The translations under genes and the position numbers were made by a program. Shown piece by piece: positions 29,789-42,995 of a stretch of DNA of 64,000 nt; the first letter of the stretch is position 1, and each line of letters opens with the position of its first letter. The notes beneath the pieces were generated by a model. The model made no database searches and was not told where the DNA came from. It saw only the letters and a program-made list of their open reading frames with translations. The DNA is taken from assembly GCA_951406725.2 (NCBI GenBank), contig OX597818.1, positions 88,784,001 through 88,848,000 of the forward strand, read 5' to 3'. This stretch comes from Octopus vulgaris (lineage: Eukaryota).

Positions 29789-30402
29789 AGAGGTAAAACA
29801 AGAATATTGACAAGGAGATGTGCGTCTTCTGAACCTGATAGATACACTTTCACTGTTCGGGAACAGAAGAAACTTACTCAATACCTGATCAATAAAACAG
29901 CTAAGACCGCTTACAAACCACAGCAGTGTGATAGAAAATGCCGATAGTGTCAAATTCTATTATGTCAAATTAGATAAATCTGCATTGTTGTTCATCGTTC
30001 ATACTGTTGTAAAGATTGTCAGCCGATAATATTGCTATCTTTTCCACCTTTAATCAACAAATATTATATTTGCTATGCTATTCAAAACTATTTTATGTTC
30101 ATCAATTACTGTTTATTTCAGTCATTAGCTTGCGGCCATGCTGGAGCATCGCCTTTGGGGATATAGTCGACGAAATCAATCCTAGTACACGTTGTTTCAA
30201 GTCATGGTAGTTAACGCCGAAACGTTAAGTTATATGGGACGTAAACAAACCAGCGCCGTCAGTCAAACGGTGATGGGCGTACAAACAAGACACAAATAGA
30301 AAGACATATGCCATAGATATGTGTTTATACAAACACACACACAGAGACACAGACATATACTCACACACATGCACAAGTGTGTATGTGTGTTTGAGTGTGT
30401 GT

Positions 30403-30480
<78 letters not shown>

Positions 30481-30684
30481 GTAAGAGACCTCTCAGCTTA
30501 GTGGTATAGAGCGCTCAGCCGAAATTTCAGTGGGGTCGATTCTCTGTACAGGATTGCTGGTCACTTTTCTCCGTCTTCTAAGCTGTCTGCGCAGCCTTCC
30601 TGCGTTCGAGAGTCCCTTCATTTTCTGAAGAATACCGACACTCGCGGCGCTTATGTTTGTTTACGATATATATATATATATATA

Positions 30685-30723
<39 letters not shown>

Positions 30724-30978
30724 TAGAGCATACATACACGAACACTTCCATAGTTTCATGCATACATTAGCACACATATACACATACCTGTATACAAGCA
30801 TGCACACATTCTTACGTATTACGAGAGAGACAGACAGACAGACAAACAAACAGACAGGGAGCTTGATGGATCAGGCAGACAGAAAGATAGAAAGAGAGAG
30901 AGGGGGAGATAGAGAGATAGATAGATGCGCATTCATACATGCTTACATGCATACACGCGTATATATATATATATATAT

Positions 30979-31557
30979 AAACATTATTATTTCTAAATCT
31001 CTCAAAGAGAGATATTCAGTAACAGTTCTTTAAGGTAAAGACTAATTGCCGACATAATGTGGCTGTCCTGAAAGGGACGATTATTGCTGGTTTTTAGCCC
31101 CACGAATCATCATTTCCAGCTGGCTATACGACACAGTATCTGTGCCCTTATGTTTCTGAATAGGGAGTCCAGCACCCCCATCCACCACAAAGCAGCATTT
31201 TTGGACCGGTTTCTGGCCTTTGAAGAACTTCTACTGAAATCTCTCTTTGAGAGATTTAGAAATAATAACGTTTCTATTTATTAGATCAGTGACAGTGTGT
31301 CACCTTGAAAGCTATATTTTTGAAAGGGTAATTCAGCAGCACCACGTAACCAAACAAATACTCTGTGTTGATAAAGAGCAATAGCCTAGAAACTGGTCCA
31401 CAATTGTTGCTTTGGGCTGGACAACATATTCGAAAATATAAGTACACAGATATTGTGTCGTATAGCCAGTTGTAAACGATGTTTCCTGGGGCTAAACAAC
31501 AGTAATAATCGTCCCTCCCGGACAGCCACATTATGTTAGAAAATTCTCTTTACTTTA
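30979..31557 (+). mobile_element. Non-coding HHR-bearing ~340-nt unit with 5' inverted duplication (retrozyme/PLE-derivative-like)
   Basis: A'(30979-31035) B'(31036-31216) A(31217-31272) M B(31383-31557); flanked by TA dinucleotide runs. Confidence 0.65.
31364..31402 (+). ncRNA. Minimal hammerhead, U3-A8 variant
   Basis: ugug UUGAUAA AGAGC aaua GCCU A GAAA CUGG UC caca; the inverted copy at ~31202-31216 reads GAAA CCGG UC (palindromic stem III). Confidence 0.65.
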
Positions 31558-31561
31558 TATA

Positions 31562-32105
31562 TTGGGCTGTCCGGAATGTTCGTGCTAATTTTTAAAGGAA
31601 AGAAAAAGGTCTATAAATACTTGCAATTACCCAAGTTTACCAGGTGCTCATAAACGACGGATTTTGATAGGTTGAGGCTTTCTGCCAATTCTCGGGTGGT
31701 GCAATGCGGGTTATGATGAATTAATGACATTATTTGACCATCATCTATAGTGGATTGTCTGCCTGATCGCTCTTTATCAATAAGGCTACAATCTCCAGCT
31801 CGGAACCTTGCGAACCACTTCCGTACAGTTTTTTCGGATAAAGAAACATCACCGAATATTTCTAAACCTTTACGGAAAAAGAAAAAACATCATGTGCCGA
31901 AAATGAACTTTCTTGCCTTCCATTTTAAATGGTTACAGAATTAGCACAGGTTATAGGAACATAAATCTTCTTCCACGAAAAGATAGCTTAAACTGTGCTC
32001 TAAATGGAGGTGTGGTCAAATCCTATATTATGGATTCAACCATGTTCTAAAATAAGTCGAAAGGTAAGCTACTATATATCGGCACGAACTTTCCGGACAA
32101 CCCAA
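31562..32105 (-). mobile_element. Internally deleted mariner (both TIRs), same family as 59555-60840
   Basis: ttgggctgtccggaatgttcgtgc ... cggcacgaactttccggacaacccaa; retains the transposase N-terminus. Confidence 0.85.
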
Positions 32106-32454
32106 TATATATGTGTGTATGTATGCATGTACGGAAGTAAGTCTACATGTGTAAGTGTTTCTGTGTCCACACGTAGGTAAAGCTTTTCTCCGTAAATTAA
32201 TGTTTCGAGAAGTAAACGACAAAATGTATGAATGTATACATCTATATCGATATATTTTATATTGAACAGAATATTTGTTGTAATGATATATCTGCTTCAA
32301 CGATTCAGCGCTGGATCTGTCTAAAGTGTAATGGAAAATAGATCAGCTTCAAAACATTGATGTCCAAGTCACAAAAGCAAAGTTTGAAGGGGATAGTAGT
32401 CATTTCCATTGATTTCTAGATAGAAGCAAATAGAAAATAACACTTACTGATCAA

Positions 32455-32674
32455 GCATCATGTGCCGAAAATGATCTTTCTTACCTTCCATTTTAAATGG
32501 TTATAGAATTAACACAGGTTATAGGAACATAAACCTTCTTTCCCCGAAAAGATAGCTTAAACTGTGCTCTAAATGGAGGTGTAGTCAAATCCTATTTCAT
32601 GGACTCAACCATGTTCTAAAATAAGTAGAAAGGTAAGCTACTATAAATCGGCACGAACTTTCCGGACAACCCAA
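32455..32674 (-). mobile_element. mariner 5' end fragment with TIR
   Basis: Matches 59555-59774 in reverse; TIR followed by TA. Confidence 0.85.
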
Positions 32675-32790
32675 TATATATATTGATAAAAATGGTAAGA
32701 CAACAAAAGAATGAAAGAGACCTCGATATTATGTAAATAGAGGAATTTATCTGTAAAAGTAATATGTGACAATTATTCGGTAGCCATGTT

Positions 32791-32905
32791 TCGGATGCCG
32801 AGGTGGAAATCCACGCCGCCATCTCTTCAGTTATCTGGCCATCAGAATCCACCTCGGCATCCGAAACTCGGAGTTTTATCATGGCTACCGAATAATTACT
32901 TTTAC

Positions 32906-32962
<57 letters not shown>

Positions 32963-33012
32963 AAAGTAATTATTCGGTAGCCATGATAAAACTCCGAGTT
33001 TCGGATGCCGAG

Positions 33013-33050
<38 letters not shown>

Positions 33051-33165
33051 GTAAAAGTAATTATTCGGTAGCCATGATAAAACTCCGAGTTTCGGATGCC
33101 GAGGTGGATTCTGATGGCCAGATAACTGAAGAGATGGCGGCGTGGGTTTCTACCTCGGCATCCGA
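32791..33165. repeat. ~120-bp near-perfect inverted repeat built from a hammerhead-bearing unit, with (TA)n and a third partial copy in the spacer
   Basis: 32791-32910 versus rc of ~33046-33165, 2 mismatches; the pieces reconstruct gauaa CUGAAGA GAUG..CAUC C GAAA CUCGGAG UU uuauc. Confidence 0.85.
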
Positions 33166-33802
33166 TGGCCACAGCTCATGAGCTGAAACTAGAATCAATC
33201 AATCATATATATATATATGTATATATGCCTGCGTTATGTGTCTCTGTGTGTGTGTATGTACGTACATAAACAATAAACAAACAACATCTACAACGCAGAC
33301 CAGAAGTAATTCACTGGTCTAATACTAATTCACACATGCTCTAACAAACACACACTCACACGGACACACGCACACGGACACACACACACACACTATAAAC
33401 ACAAACATGCGATACAGTAATATGCACACATGCATTTGGATGAACTGGCTTACAACATAAATACACACAATCATAAACGTTAACCACTTAACACTGATAC
33501 ACATTAAACAAACGCTTAGTCACAAGCAATCAACAATACACATCACATATCGAACATAAACACACGTTCACACAGACACACCTATGCACATCCTCTCTTG
33601 CCTTTGATCTCTGCCGATAAGTGTTCTATATTTCCGATCAACGAAAACTACTTAGACATTCAAGTATAATGTAAGTAGCAGAGTGTTTCAACTAATATTT
33701 GTGTGTGTGTGATGTGTATGTTTGTGTGTGTGCATTTGTGTGTATATGTATTCGTGTGTGGGTGTGAGTGAGTGTTTGTATCTCTGTGCATGCGAATACA
33801 TA

Positions 33803-34085
33803 TATATATAAAGATGAGAATGTGTATCTGTCTGTGTGAATCCCTAAAACTTGAGAACTACGCACCCAATTTCATTCAAATTTTACACGTGCCTTACTTA
33901 GGGTGCATGTAGTGTCATAGGTCCCAAAACATTTTAACTTCTTGCCAAGTGCGAGCCCAGAGTAATATCATATCTCCTCCAATATTTCAGTATTACGTGT
34001 CAAATAACATCTTATTTTAATGTCAGATACTTTCACTTTAGTAGTTTCACTTTAATACTGAAACTATTACAGTGAAACTATTATC
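33803..34085 (+). mobile_element. Probable non-autonomous Helitron-like 5' fragment
   Basis: tatatataaag..gtatctgtctgtgtg..aactacgcacccaatttcattcaaattttacac resembles 5' regions of invertebrate non-autonomous Helitrons. Confidence 0.35.
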
Positions 34086-34208
34086 TCACATATATACAGG
34101 CATACATACAATTATACATATATATATACATGTATGTATATATAGATGTATATGTATATATATATATATATACACATGTTTATAAATACATATATATATA
34201 CACATATT

Positions 34209-34239
<31 letters not shown>

Positions 34240-34655
34240 ATATGTAGATGTATATGTATATATGTATATGTGTAGATGGGTGTGCATATATATACATGAA
34301 ATATGTACACATATATACACCCATGCACACACATACACGCACACACATATACATAGGTGCAGGTGTGCTTGTGTGGTAAGAATCTTGGTGACTTGGCTTG
34401 TGTCTGTTGCTATATCCTCAGACCAACCAAATGTTTTTCATACCTTCTACGGAGTGCTTAATACTAACTAGCTTCCTACACGTTGATCTTTTAGCACATA
34501 TTAAACATGATAAGTATAAATAAAAGTGAGTTTCTAAAAATAAATTGCCCACCTTCACTGAAATAGATCGTTAATTATGAAACACCCTGTATGTGGAACA
34601 AACCAACGACTGCAGTAGTACTCAACACATATAATTGAAACTATTTATTGAGTAG

Positions 34656-34953
34656 TGAAGGCACATGGCCTAGTGGTTAGAGCAGCGGACTCGCGGTCCA
34701 GGGATCGCGGGTTCGAATCTCACACCGATGTGTGTTTTAAAAGCGAAACACCTAAGCTCCACGCGGCTCCGGCAGAAGGTAATGGCGAACTTCTGCTCAC
34801 TCTTTCGCCACAACTTTCTCTCACTCTTTCCTCCTGCATCTTGCAGCTCACCTGCGACGGACCGGCGTCCCGTCATGGTAGGGGGAACCTATACGCGAAG
34901 AAAACCGGGAACCAGCCCTTATGAGTCAGGCGTGGCTCGAGAAGGAACAAACA
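34656..34953 (+). mobile_element. tRNA-derived SINE, third family
   Basis: A box tggcctagtggttagagc, B box ggttcgaatc, body ...cctgcgacggaccggcgtcccgtc...aaaccggga, short (aaca) tail. Confidence 0.75.
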
Positions 34954-35820
34954 ATTTATTGAGTAACTGGTTGATGTGGTTCCTGATGTTACTTAAAATT
35001 TCGCAGACGTGACACACATTTAGCTCGCTTTTATAGTACAAATGGCTGAATATTCTACAGACTTGTAACTTTAACATAAAGCTCATGCAAAAACTGGACG
35101 CTCTTGTATCATAGGTACAGATCACCACATAGTTTCCGTCTACCAAATTCCACTCACCTTCAGATGACATAGTAGAAGTGGTCGAATCCGAACACGAAAT
35201 TTCATATCTCGAACACACCTTCTGAGCTATTTTGTTATGTATGCGTCTATACATGGGCAGATACAAACTTGTGCCATCTCCCCACCACACACATGCGCAC
35301 ACACAATCACACAGGTACTATAACACACTACAGTACCTTACATACACAAACACATGCACATACACATACTCATGCACATACACAGACGGTTGCATACAGA
35401 AACATACAATATGTAACTGAAGACGTCAGACAGAATGTTAACACATGCAACATGGCGTGATGCATCTTAACACAGTCATCGCTGATATATTTGTTGTTGA
35501 TGGTGTGTTGTCGTGCTGTTGTTACAATTGTTGTTGTTATTCTTGTTCTTGTTGATGTTGTTGTTGTTGTTTCTGCTGCATTTGTTTTGCTACTTAAGTT
35601 GTTTGCGTTGTTTTAACTGGTAATGTTTTAGCTGTTCTCACTACTATGTCAGTTGTGTGTTGCATGTGTGTATACATAGAAACCGATGGAATAAGTACAG
35701 GCTTTTAAATACTAAGTACTGGGGTCGATTCGTTCGACCAAACTTTTTCAATGGAATAGAATGGCCCAGCATGGCCGCAATCACATGACAAACAAGTAAA
35801 AGACACACACACACACACAC

Positions 35821-35873
<53 letters not shown>

Positions 35874-35894
35874 CACTTATATAAATAAATCAAT

Positions 35895-35950
<56 letters not shown>

Positions 35951-36094
35951 TAGAATAACACGTATGCAAATTTTATAACCAAAACATTCAAAAGAGATGT
36001 TTCGGGAATTCAATCATTACTACCAACCACAACGGGACATTTTCGGAGCAGCTGACCATTCAACATACTACTATCAGGGCACTCACACATTCTT

Positions 36095-36273
36095 CATGCT
36101 GGAGCACCACCTTTTGTCGAGAAAATCGACCCTAGGACTTATTCTTTGTAAGTTTAGTACTTATTCTATCGGTCTTTTTTATGAACTGCTAAGTTACGGA
36201 CACGTAAACACACCAGCATCTGTTGTCAAGCTATCTTGGGGGGACAAACAGACACACACACACACACAACCAA

Positions 36274-36308
<35 letters not shown>

Positions 36309-36470
36309 CATATATACGATGGGTTTCTTTCAGTTTCCGTCTTCCAAATCCACTCACAAGGCTGTGGTTAACCCGAGGCTATAGTAGAAGACACTTACCC
36401 AAGGTGCCACGCACTGGAACTAAACCCGGAACCATGTGGTTGGTAAGCCAGTTACTTATCACACACCACG
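36095..36470 (-). mobile_element. SINE family A
   Basis: Homology to the 6196 copy. Confidence 0.8.
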
Positions 36471-36579
36471 AATAGCCACCTTAATAATTTATAATTCTCA
36501 CTTCACCATTTCCTATAAGGCATTCTCAATAAAGCTGACAAGATGAATTAAGTTCTTTAACCCTCGGCAACGGAGTAAT

Positions 36580-36642
36580 GAGTCACTGATGAAGATCAAT
36601 CAAATCTGAAATCTCGCTTGTCGTAAGTAGGGATCTTGTCTC
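36580..36642 (+). ncRNA. Type-I hammerhead candidate with full-length stem III
   Basis: gaguca CUGAUGA AGAU caaucaa AUCU GAAA UCUC-GCUU gucgu AAGU-A-GGGA UC uugucuc; stem I imperfect. Confidence 0.55.
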
Positions 36643-37022
36643 CCTTACCAGTCATTAGAAGAGGACTTATGATTTTTTGTAAAGGTCTCATTTATATCTA
36701 TATATTGACCTACCATAAAAGGCTAATATTGGTAAAATGAGACATACTTATCTACATGGCCGAAACAGCTGTAAGATGTAATCTATACTTATATTTATAT
36801 TTACTTATATTTATATTCTCTTTTATATATATATTCTACTTATTATACAACATTACTCTTTTATGTACACTTTTTTATGTACATTCCTTTATGTACACTG
36901 ATTTGTTCTGCTTTTTTATGTTTAACCCTACAGTCTCTTATGTGGTGGTTTAATAAAGTATGTGATTGAGTATTATCTGGTAATTGATATTTGATTTAGA
37001 AGTATTCTCCATTTTCTTATCT

Positions 37023-37075
<53 letters not shown>

Positions 37076-37145
37076 ACACGCGCGCACACACACACACACA
37101 TATACATACACACACAGAGTTTTGAGCAACTTAATGCACTAGCGT

Positions 37146-37245
37146 GTTCCCTGATGATACGTTCTAGTTTAGCATCCAAACGCACTCGTGATATCCAATG
37201 CAGGGGTATGAGCAGCAACCGCAACGGTGAAACATATGTAGGAAC
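37146..37245 (+). ncRNA. Minimal type-I hammerhead, canonical core
   Basis: guucc CUGAUGA U ACGUU...AACGGU GAAA CAUAUG UA ggaac; perfect 5-bp stem I and palindromic stem III. Confidence 0.78.
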
Positions 37246-37312
37246 TAATAATATGCAATTGTTTTCGTGATTTCTCATACATATATATGTATGCGCATAT
37301 ATGTGTGTGTTA

Positions 37313-37343
<31 letters not shown>

Positions 37344-37581
37344 CATCTATGTATGTTTATACATATACATGCATACACACAGATATATATACATGGTTTG
37401 TTATTTTTAATGAGCTATTCTTTTTTTGTTACAGTATTGTCACTGTTGTTGATGTTGCTGCTGCTGCTGCTGTTATTGTTGTTGTTGTTGTTGATGATGG
37501 CTGATGATATTGTTGATGATTAAAACCTCATCGTTCTATCGTTGTTGTTCTACTTGTTGCTGTTGCAGCTTCTGCTCTTGA

Positions 37582-37612
<31 letters not shown>

Positions 37613-37826
37613 GTTTTTACTTTGGCTGCTCTTATTACTGGTGGTGGCTGTGGTGGTGGTGGTGGTGGTTCTGATGGTGTTAATGGTGTTGCTGATGTTT
37701 TATGGTGGTGATGGTGTTAGAATTTCTTGTTGTTGTGGTGACTGTGGTGGCGGTGATGGGCGTGGCGGTGGTGGTAGTGGTGGTCATCGTCGTGGTCGTA
37801 GTAGTGGTGGTAATCGCGATATTGAT

Positions 37827-38056
37827 GACGGCGAGCTGGCAGAAGCGTTTGCGCACCAGGCGAAATGCGTAGCCGTATTTCGTCTGCCGTTACGTTCTGA
37901 GTTCAAATTCCGCCGAGGTCGACTTTGCCTTTCATCCTTTCGGGGTCGATTAAATAAGTACCAGTTACGCACTGGGGTCGATGTAATCGACTTAATCCCT
38001 TTGTCTGTCTTTGTTTGTCCCTTCTGTGTTTAGCCCCTTGTGGGTAATAAAGAAAT
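37827..38056 (+). mobile_element. SINE family B, full length (central segment resembling the Meta/Sauria-SINE domain)
   Basis: ggcgagctggcagaa..gagttcaaattcc..ggtcgactttgcctttcatcctttcggggtcgat..aagtaccag..; further copies at ~40720-40945 and ~50850-51070 (minus strand). Confidence 0.8.
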
Positions 38057-38588
38057 GGGTGGTGATGGTTTAATGACGGTATGTGTTGTTGTGGTCGTGG
38101 TGATGGTGACAGTAGTAGTAGTCGTGGTGATGATGTTATTGTTGTTGATGTTGCAGAAAGAAAAAAAGTAGTAACAAAAAAAAAAGAAAAAGAAACAAAA
38201 TAGAAAAAAAAATGCATGAAAGATAATCTCCACGTTGTTATTTCCACACAGTAGTTAGAATATCAAATGACATATCGTGTGATATTATTCCAAATCAGTG
38301 TTACGACGGCTTGGAGTTTATCACAACAATAAGCAGATTGTAGTCATAAATAAATATCACTTTGGTTGTATTTATATGAGAAGATATAAACCATATGAAA
38401 ATAACAAGAATGATATTGATAATAACTAGCAAAACACTTTTAAGCCAAAACAGGATCGACAATAGTAATAACAACAATAGCAATAATGATGATAATGATA
38501 ATGATAAGGATAATAGTATTAATCACAATGATGACAATAATAATGATGTTTCTTATTTTCCACAGGGATGTCACAATACTAGGACTAT

Positions 38589-38621
<33 letters not shown>

Positions 38622-38645
38622 AAATATCTACATACCGCTATGCAC

Positions 38646-38704
<59 letters not shown>

Positions 38705-38726
38705 CATGCACACACCATTTTATAAG

Positions 38727-38777
<51 letters not shown>

Positions 38778-39006
38778 ATATATACATATATCCATATATA
38801 TACATAGATATATACAAACTGTTAAATATATATGTAGATACGTGCATATATATTTATACATATACATGTATATATTCACACAGACATTGATATACACAGA
38901 TAAATATATGTATATATATGTATACATATATATATATATATACATACATACATACATACATATATACATACACATACTTCTGTATATATATATGTGTGTG
39001 TATATA

Positions 39007-39055
<49 letters not shown>

Positions 39056-39072
39056 TTGTGTATGTATGTATA

Positions 39073-39111
<39 letters not shown>

Positions 39112-39508
39112 GCATGTATATATTTATACACGTATGTGTGTGTGTGTGTATACATACATATATACACACATCACATACTCAAACTCGCAAAAACACTTAA
39201 GAGTTGTAATAATTTCTTTACGGGAGTATCAAAATACAAACAGATAAAGATAAACAATATATGAATTCATCTCCAACAGAACATAAAACAATAAACGAGA
39301 AAGTAAATTTGTATGGATTCACGACAGAGATAAACAGTCGAATGAAATACGCTGTTACAGAATACGTCTGCCATATCCTTCAAAGATATGCTAGGTATAT
39401 GTTGTGACCTAAATACCTTAAGTAGAGTAAACTGTCCAAGAAGAGAAACAAAAGGAAAAAACTACCAAATACTAGCCTTAATTCGTCAATTCATATATAC
39501 ATACATAT

Positions 39509-39647
<139 letters not shown>

Positions 39648-39656
39648 CAGATAGAC

Positions 39657-39692
<36 letters not shown>

Positions 39693-39969
39693 CGATCGAT
39701 CGATAGATAGATAGATAGTTATATATATACATAGATAGATAGATATATGTATGTATATACGTACATGACGTATATGTACGTGTGTAACGTATGTTTGTAT
39801 TTATACACACACAAGCACATACATCTATATATACTCTATTACGCACGTATATACATACACACACACACACTTATATATATATATATATATATACACACAA
39901 TTGTAAAAAACATTTACATATACATATGTGCATATTAACATAAGAAAATATTTCCATATCTGTATGTGT

Positions 39970-40005
<36 letters not shown>

Positions 40006-40198
40006 GTGCGTGTGTGTGCGTGTGTGTGTGTGTGTATGTATGTGTGTGTGTGTGTGTGTTTACATATATATTTACCATGAAATAGCAGAAAGTAGAAAAA
40101 GGGAAAACATATGGATTAGCAGATTAATATAACACAAATGAAACTTAGCTTGTTTTTTTTTATCTGAAGCTATATTCATTATAGCTATATATACTGAC

Positions 40199-40283
<85 letters not shown>

Positions 40284-41174
40284 ATAAAAATTATATATAT
40301 ATATAATTTTTTCCGTACTACTGTTACTAACAATAATGGTGGACGAGATATATAATAACATTTAGTTACGTCGGTCCGTTCCACATTCCGAGTGTTACCG
40401 CTAATATCGATTCTAAAACTTCTTTTTCTGCGTGTATCAATATAGTAATCATTGGTAATATCTTGCAATAGTTTCTGGTATCTGTTATTGTATTCTTTAC
40501 GATATACTGCTCTCGCATAAAATAACTATTTATCTCCTCATCTCTTTATCTCCTCATGTATTTGGAGAGTTTGTGTTTGTATACGTTCGTCCCTTGTATG
40601 AAAGAAGATTGTGTATCTTTTTGTTTTCATTTGCTCTTTATTCGCTGGTTTTAACTTGGGAGCTGCGACCATGACGCAACCTCCTGTGTGTATTATATAA
40701 ACATGTATTAATCCTTTTCTTATTTCTTTATTTCCACAAAGGGCTACACACAGAGGGGGACAAACAAGGACAGACAAACAGATTAAGTCGATTACATCGA
40801 CCCCGGTGCGTAACTAGTACTTATTTAATCGACCCCGAAAGGATGAAAGGCAAAGTCGACCTCGGCGGTATTTGAACTCAGAATGTAGCGGCAGAATAAA
40901 CACCGCTAAGAATTTCGCCCGGCGTGCTAACGTTTTTGCCAGCTTTCAGAAAACATGTATTTTTCCTTTTCTTCTAATTGTTTCAGTCAATGTACTGCGG
41001 CCATGCTGGGGCACCGCGTTGAGGGTTTTAGTTGAACAAATTACCTCTAGTACTCAATTTTTAAAACCTATTTACTCAATCGGTCACTTAGGGCAGAACC
41101 GCTAAGTTACGAGGAAGTAAACAAGTCAACATCGGTTATCAAGCGGTGATGAGGGGCATAGATAGATAGATAAC

Positions 41175-41220
<46 letters not shown>

Positions 41221-41225
41221 TACGA

Positions 41226-41334
<109 letters not shown>

Positions 41335-41370
41335 CAGACAAACAAACATATATATACATATATATATTTA

Positions 41371-41690
41371 GAGGCGTGGCTATGTGTAAGAAGCTTGCTT
41401 CCCAACCACATGGTTCCGGGTTCAGTCCCACAGCGTGGCACCTTGGGCAGGTGTTGTCTCCTATAGTCACAGGCCCATTAAAGCCTTGTGAGTAGACTTG
41501 ACAGGCGGAAACTGAGAGAAGCCCGTCGTATATGTATGTGCGTTTGTATGCGTATTTGTGTGTGTGTCTGTGTTTCTCCTTTCAACATCGCTTGACAACC
41601 GATGCTGGTGTGTTTACTTCCCCGTAACTTAGCAGTTCGCCATAAAATTCCGGTAGAAGAAGCTCTTGGCTTACACAAAATTAGTCACGC
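41371..41690 (+). mobile_element. SINE family A (further fragments at ~40960-41160, 41950-42145 and 43053-43199, all minus)
   Basis: Homology to the 6196 copy. Confidence 0.75.
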
Positions 41691-42175
41691 AGAAAGTGAC
41701 AGTTTAAACAGTAACGCATCACTTTATTCTTAATGCATGCAAATAAGAAGTGTATGAGCGCATGTGGTTAAAGTGTTGCGCTCATGATTGCGAGATTGTG
41801 GGTTCGATTACCGCACTGGGCGATGCATTTTCTTGAGCAAAGCCCTTTATCTCATGTTGCACTGTGACACTTTGACATCTGACGTTTGGTACACCAAGCA
41901 CCTAATATGCAGCACGAAGGTCTCATCTCTATAAACAAATTCTCTTTCGTTTATTTGTTTCGATCATTTGACAGCAGCATTGGGGGAACACCGCCTTGAA
42001 GGGTTTTAGTCGAACAAATCGATCCCAGGACTTTTGAGCTTAGTACTTAATCTATCGGACTATTTTTGCCGAACTGCTAAGTTACGGGGATGTAAACACA
42101 CCAACAGCGGTTGTCAAGCAGTGATGGTGGGGACAAGCGCCGACACGACACACACATATAGACACACACTCTCTC

Positions 42176-42221
<46 letters not shown>

Positions 42222-42223
<2 letters not shown>

Positions 42224-42860
42224 GGAGGGTGCGGTGAATAAACTGTCGTCTAAATGATGCATAAATGAAAATAGCACAGACATCTCATTTTAACGGATGT
42301 AATTATCAAAATTTAATTAAAATATCTTGAAATACAAAACAGTAAATTTATTCGATAAAATCGCTGTTGGCTTCAACAACAGCCTCCAGACATCTTCTGA
42401 ATCTTCTGCAACTCTTCTGGATGGCCTCTTTGTTTAAGTTAGTGAATGATGCCAATATTCTTGAATCCAGCTCATCTTTGGTGTTACAAGGAGTTTTGTT
42501 GGTCTCTCGCTCAACTGCGCCCCACACATAATAATCAAGAGGGTTGCAGCCTGGGGAGTTAGGTGGCCAGATGTTAGGTGTAGTGGGGTTGCAGAAATTG
42601 TCTGACAGCCATGACTGGATTATCCTGCTTGTGTGGCATGGTGCAGAGTCCTTTTGCTAGACATAGGGTCTTCCAGCAGCCATTCTCTTGACCCAGGGAA
42701 GCACTACCTCCGCCAGGCACGGATGTCAGCCTCCGTGTTGAGTCTGAGGCTGTGTGAGAAGATGAATGGAAGCATAACGTCGCCATCGCTAGGGATCACT
42801 CCAAACACCATGATGTTAACTGGAGATTCAGAAGACTTCTGGCGGCCATGGTTGAAGCCA
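42222..42860 (-). mobile_element. DD37D (maT-type) Tc1/mariner transposase 3' fragment with terminal repeat
   Basis: rc translation MVFGVIPSDG..PFIF..; YV*QKDSAPCHTS...IWPPNSPGCNPLDYYVWG with exactly 37 aa between the last two Asp. Confidence 0.85.
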
Positions 42861-42893
<33 letters not shown>

Positions 42894-42906
42894 CATATGT
42901 ATATAT

Positions 42907-42995
<89 letters not shown>

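Noticed and set aside
34660-34735. Functional tRNA gene
   Set aside because: A/B boxes are present but no complete cloverleaf forms, and the sequence continues into a SINE body. The same applies to ~30490-30550 and ~41755-41815.
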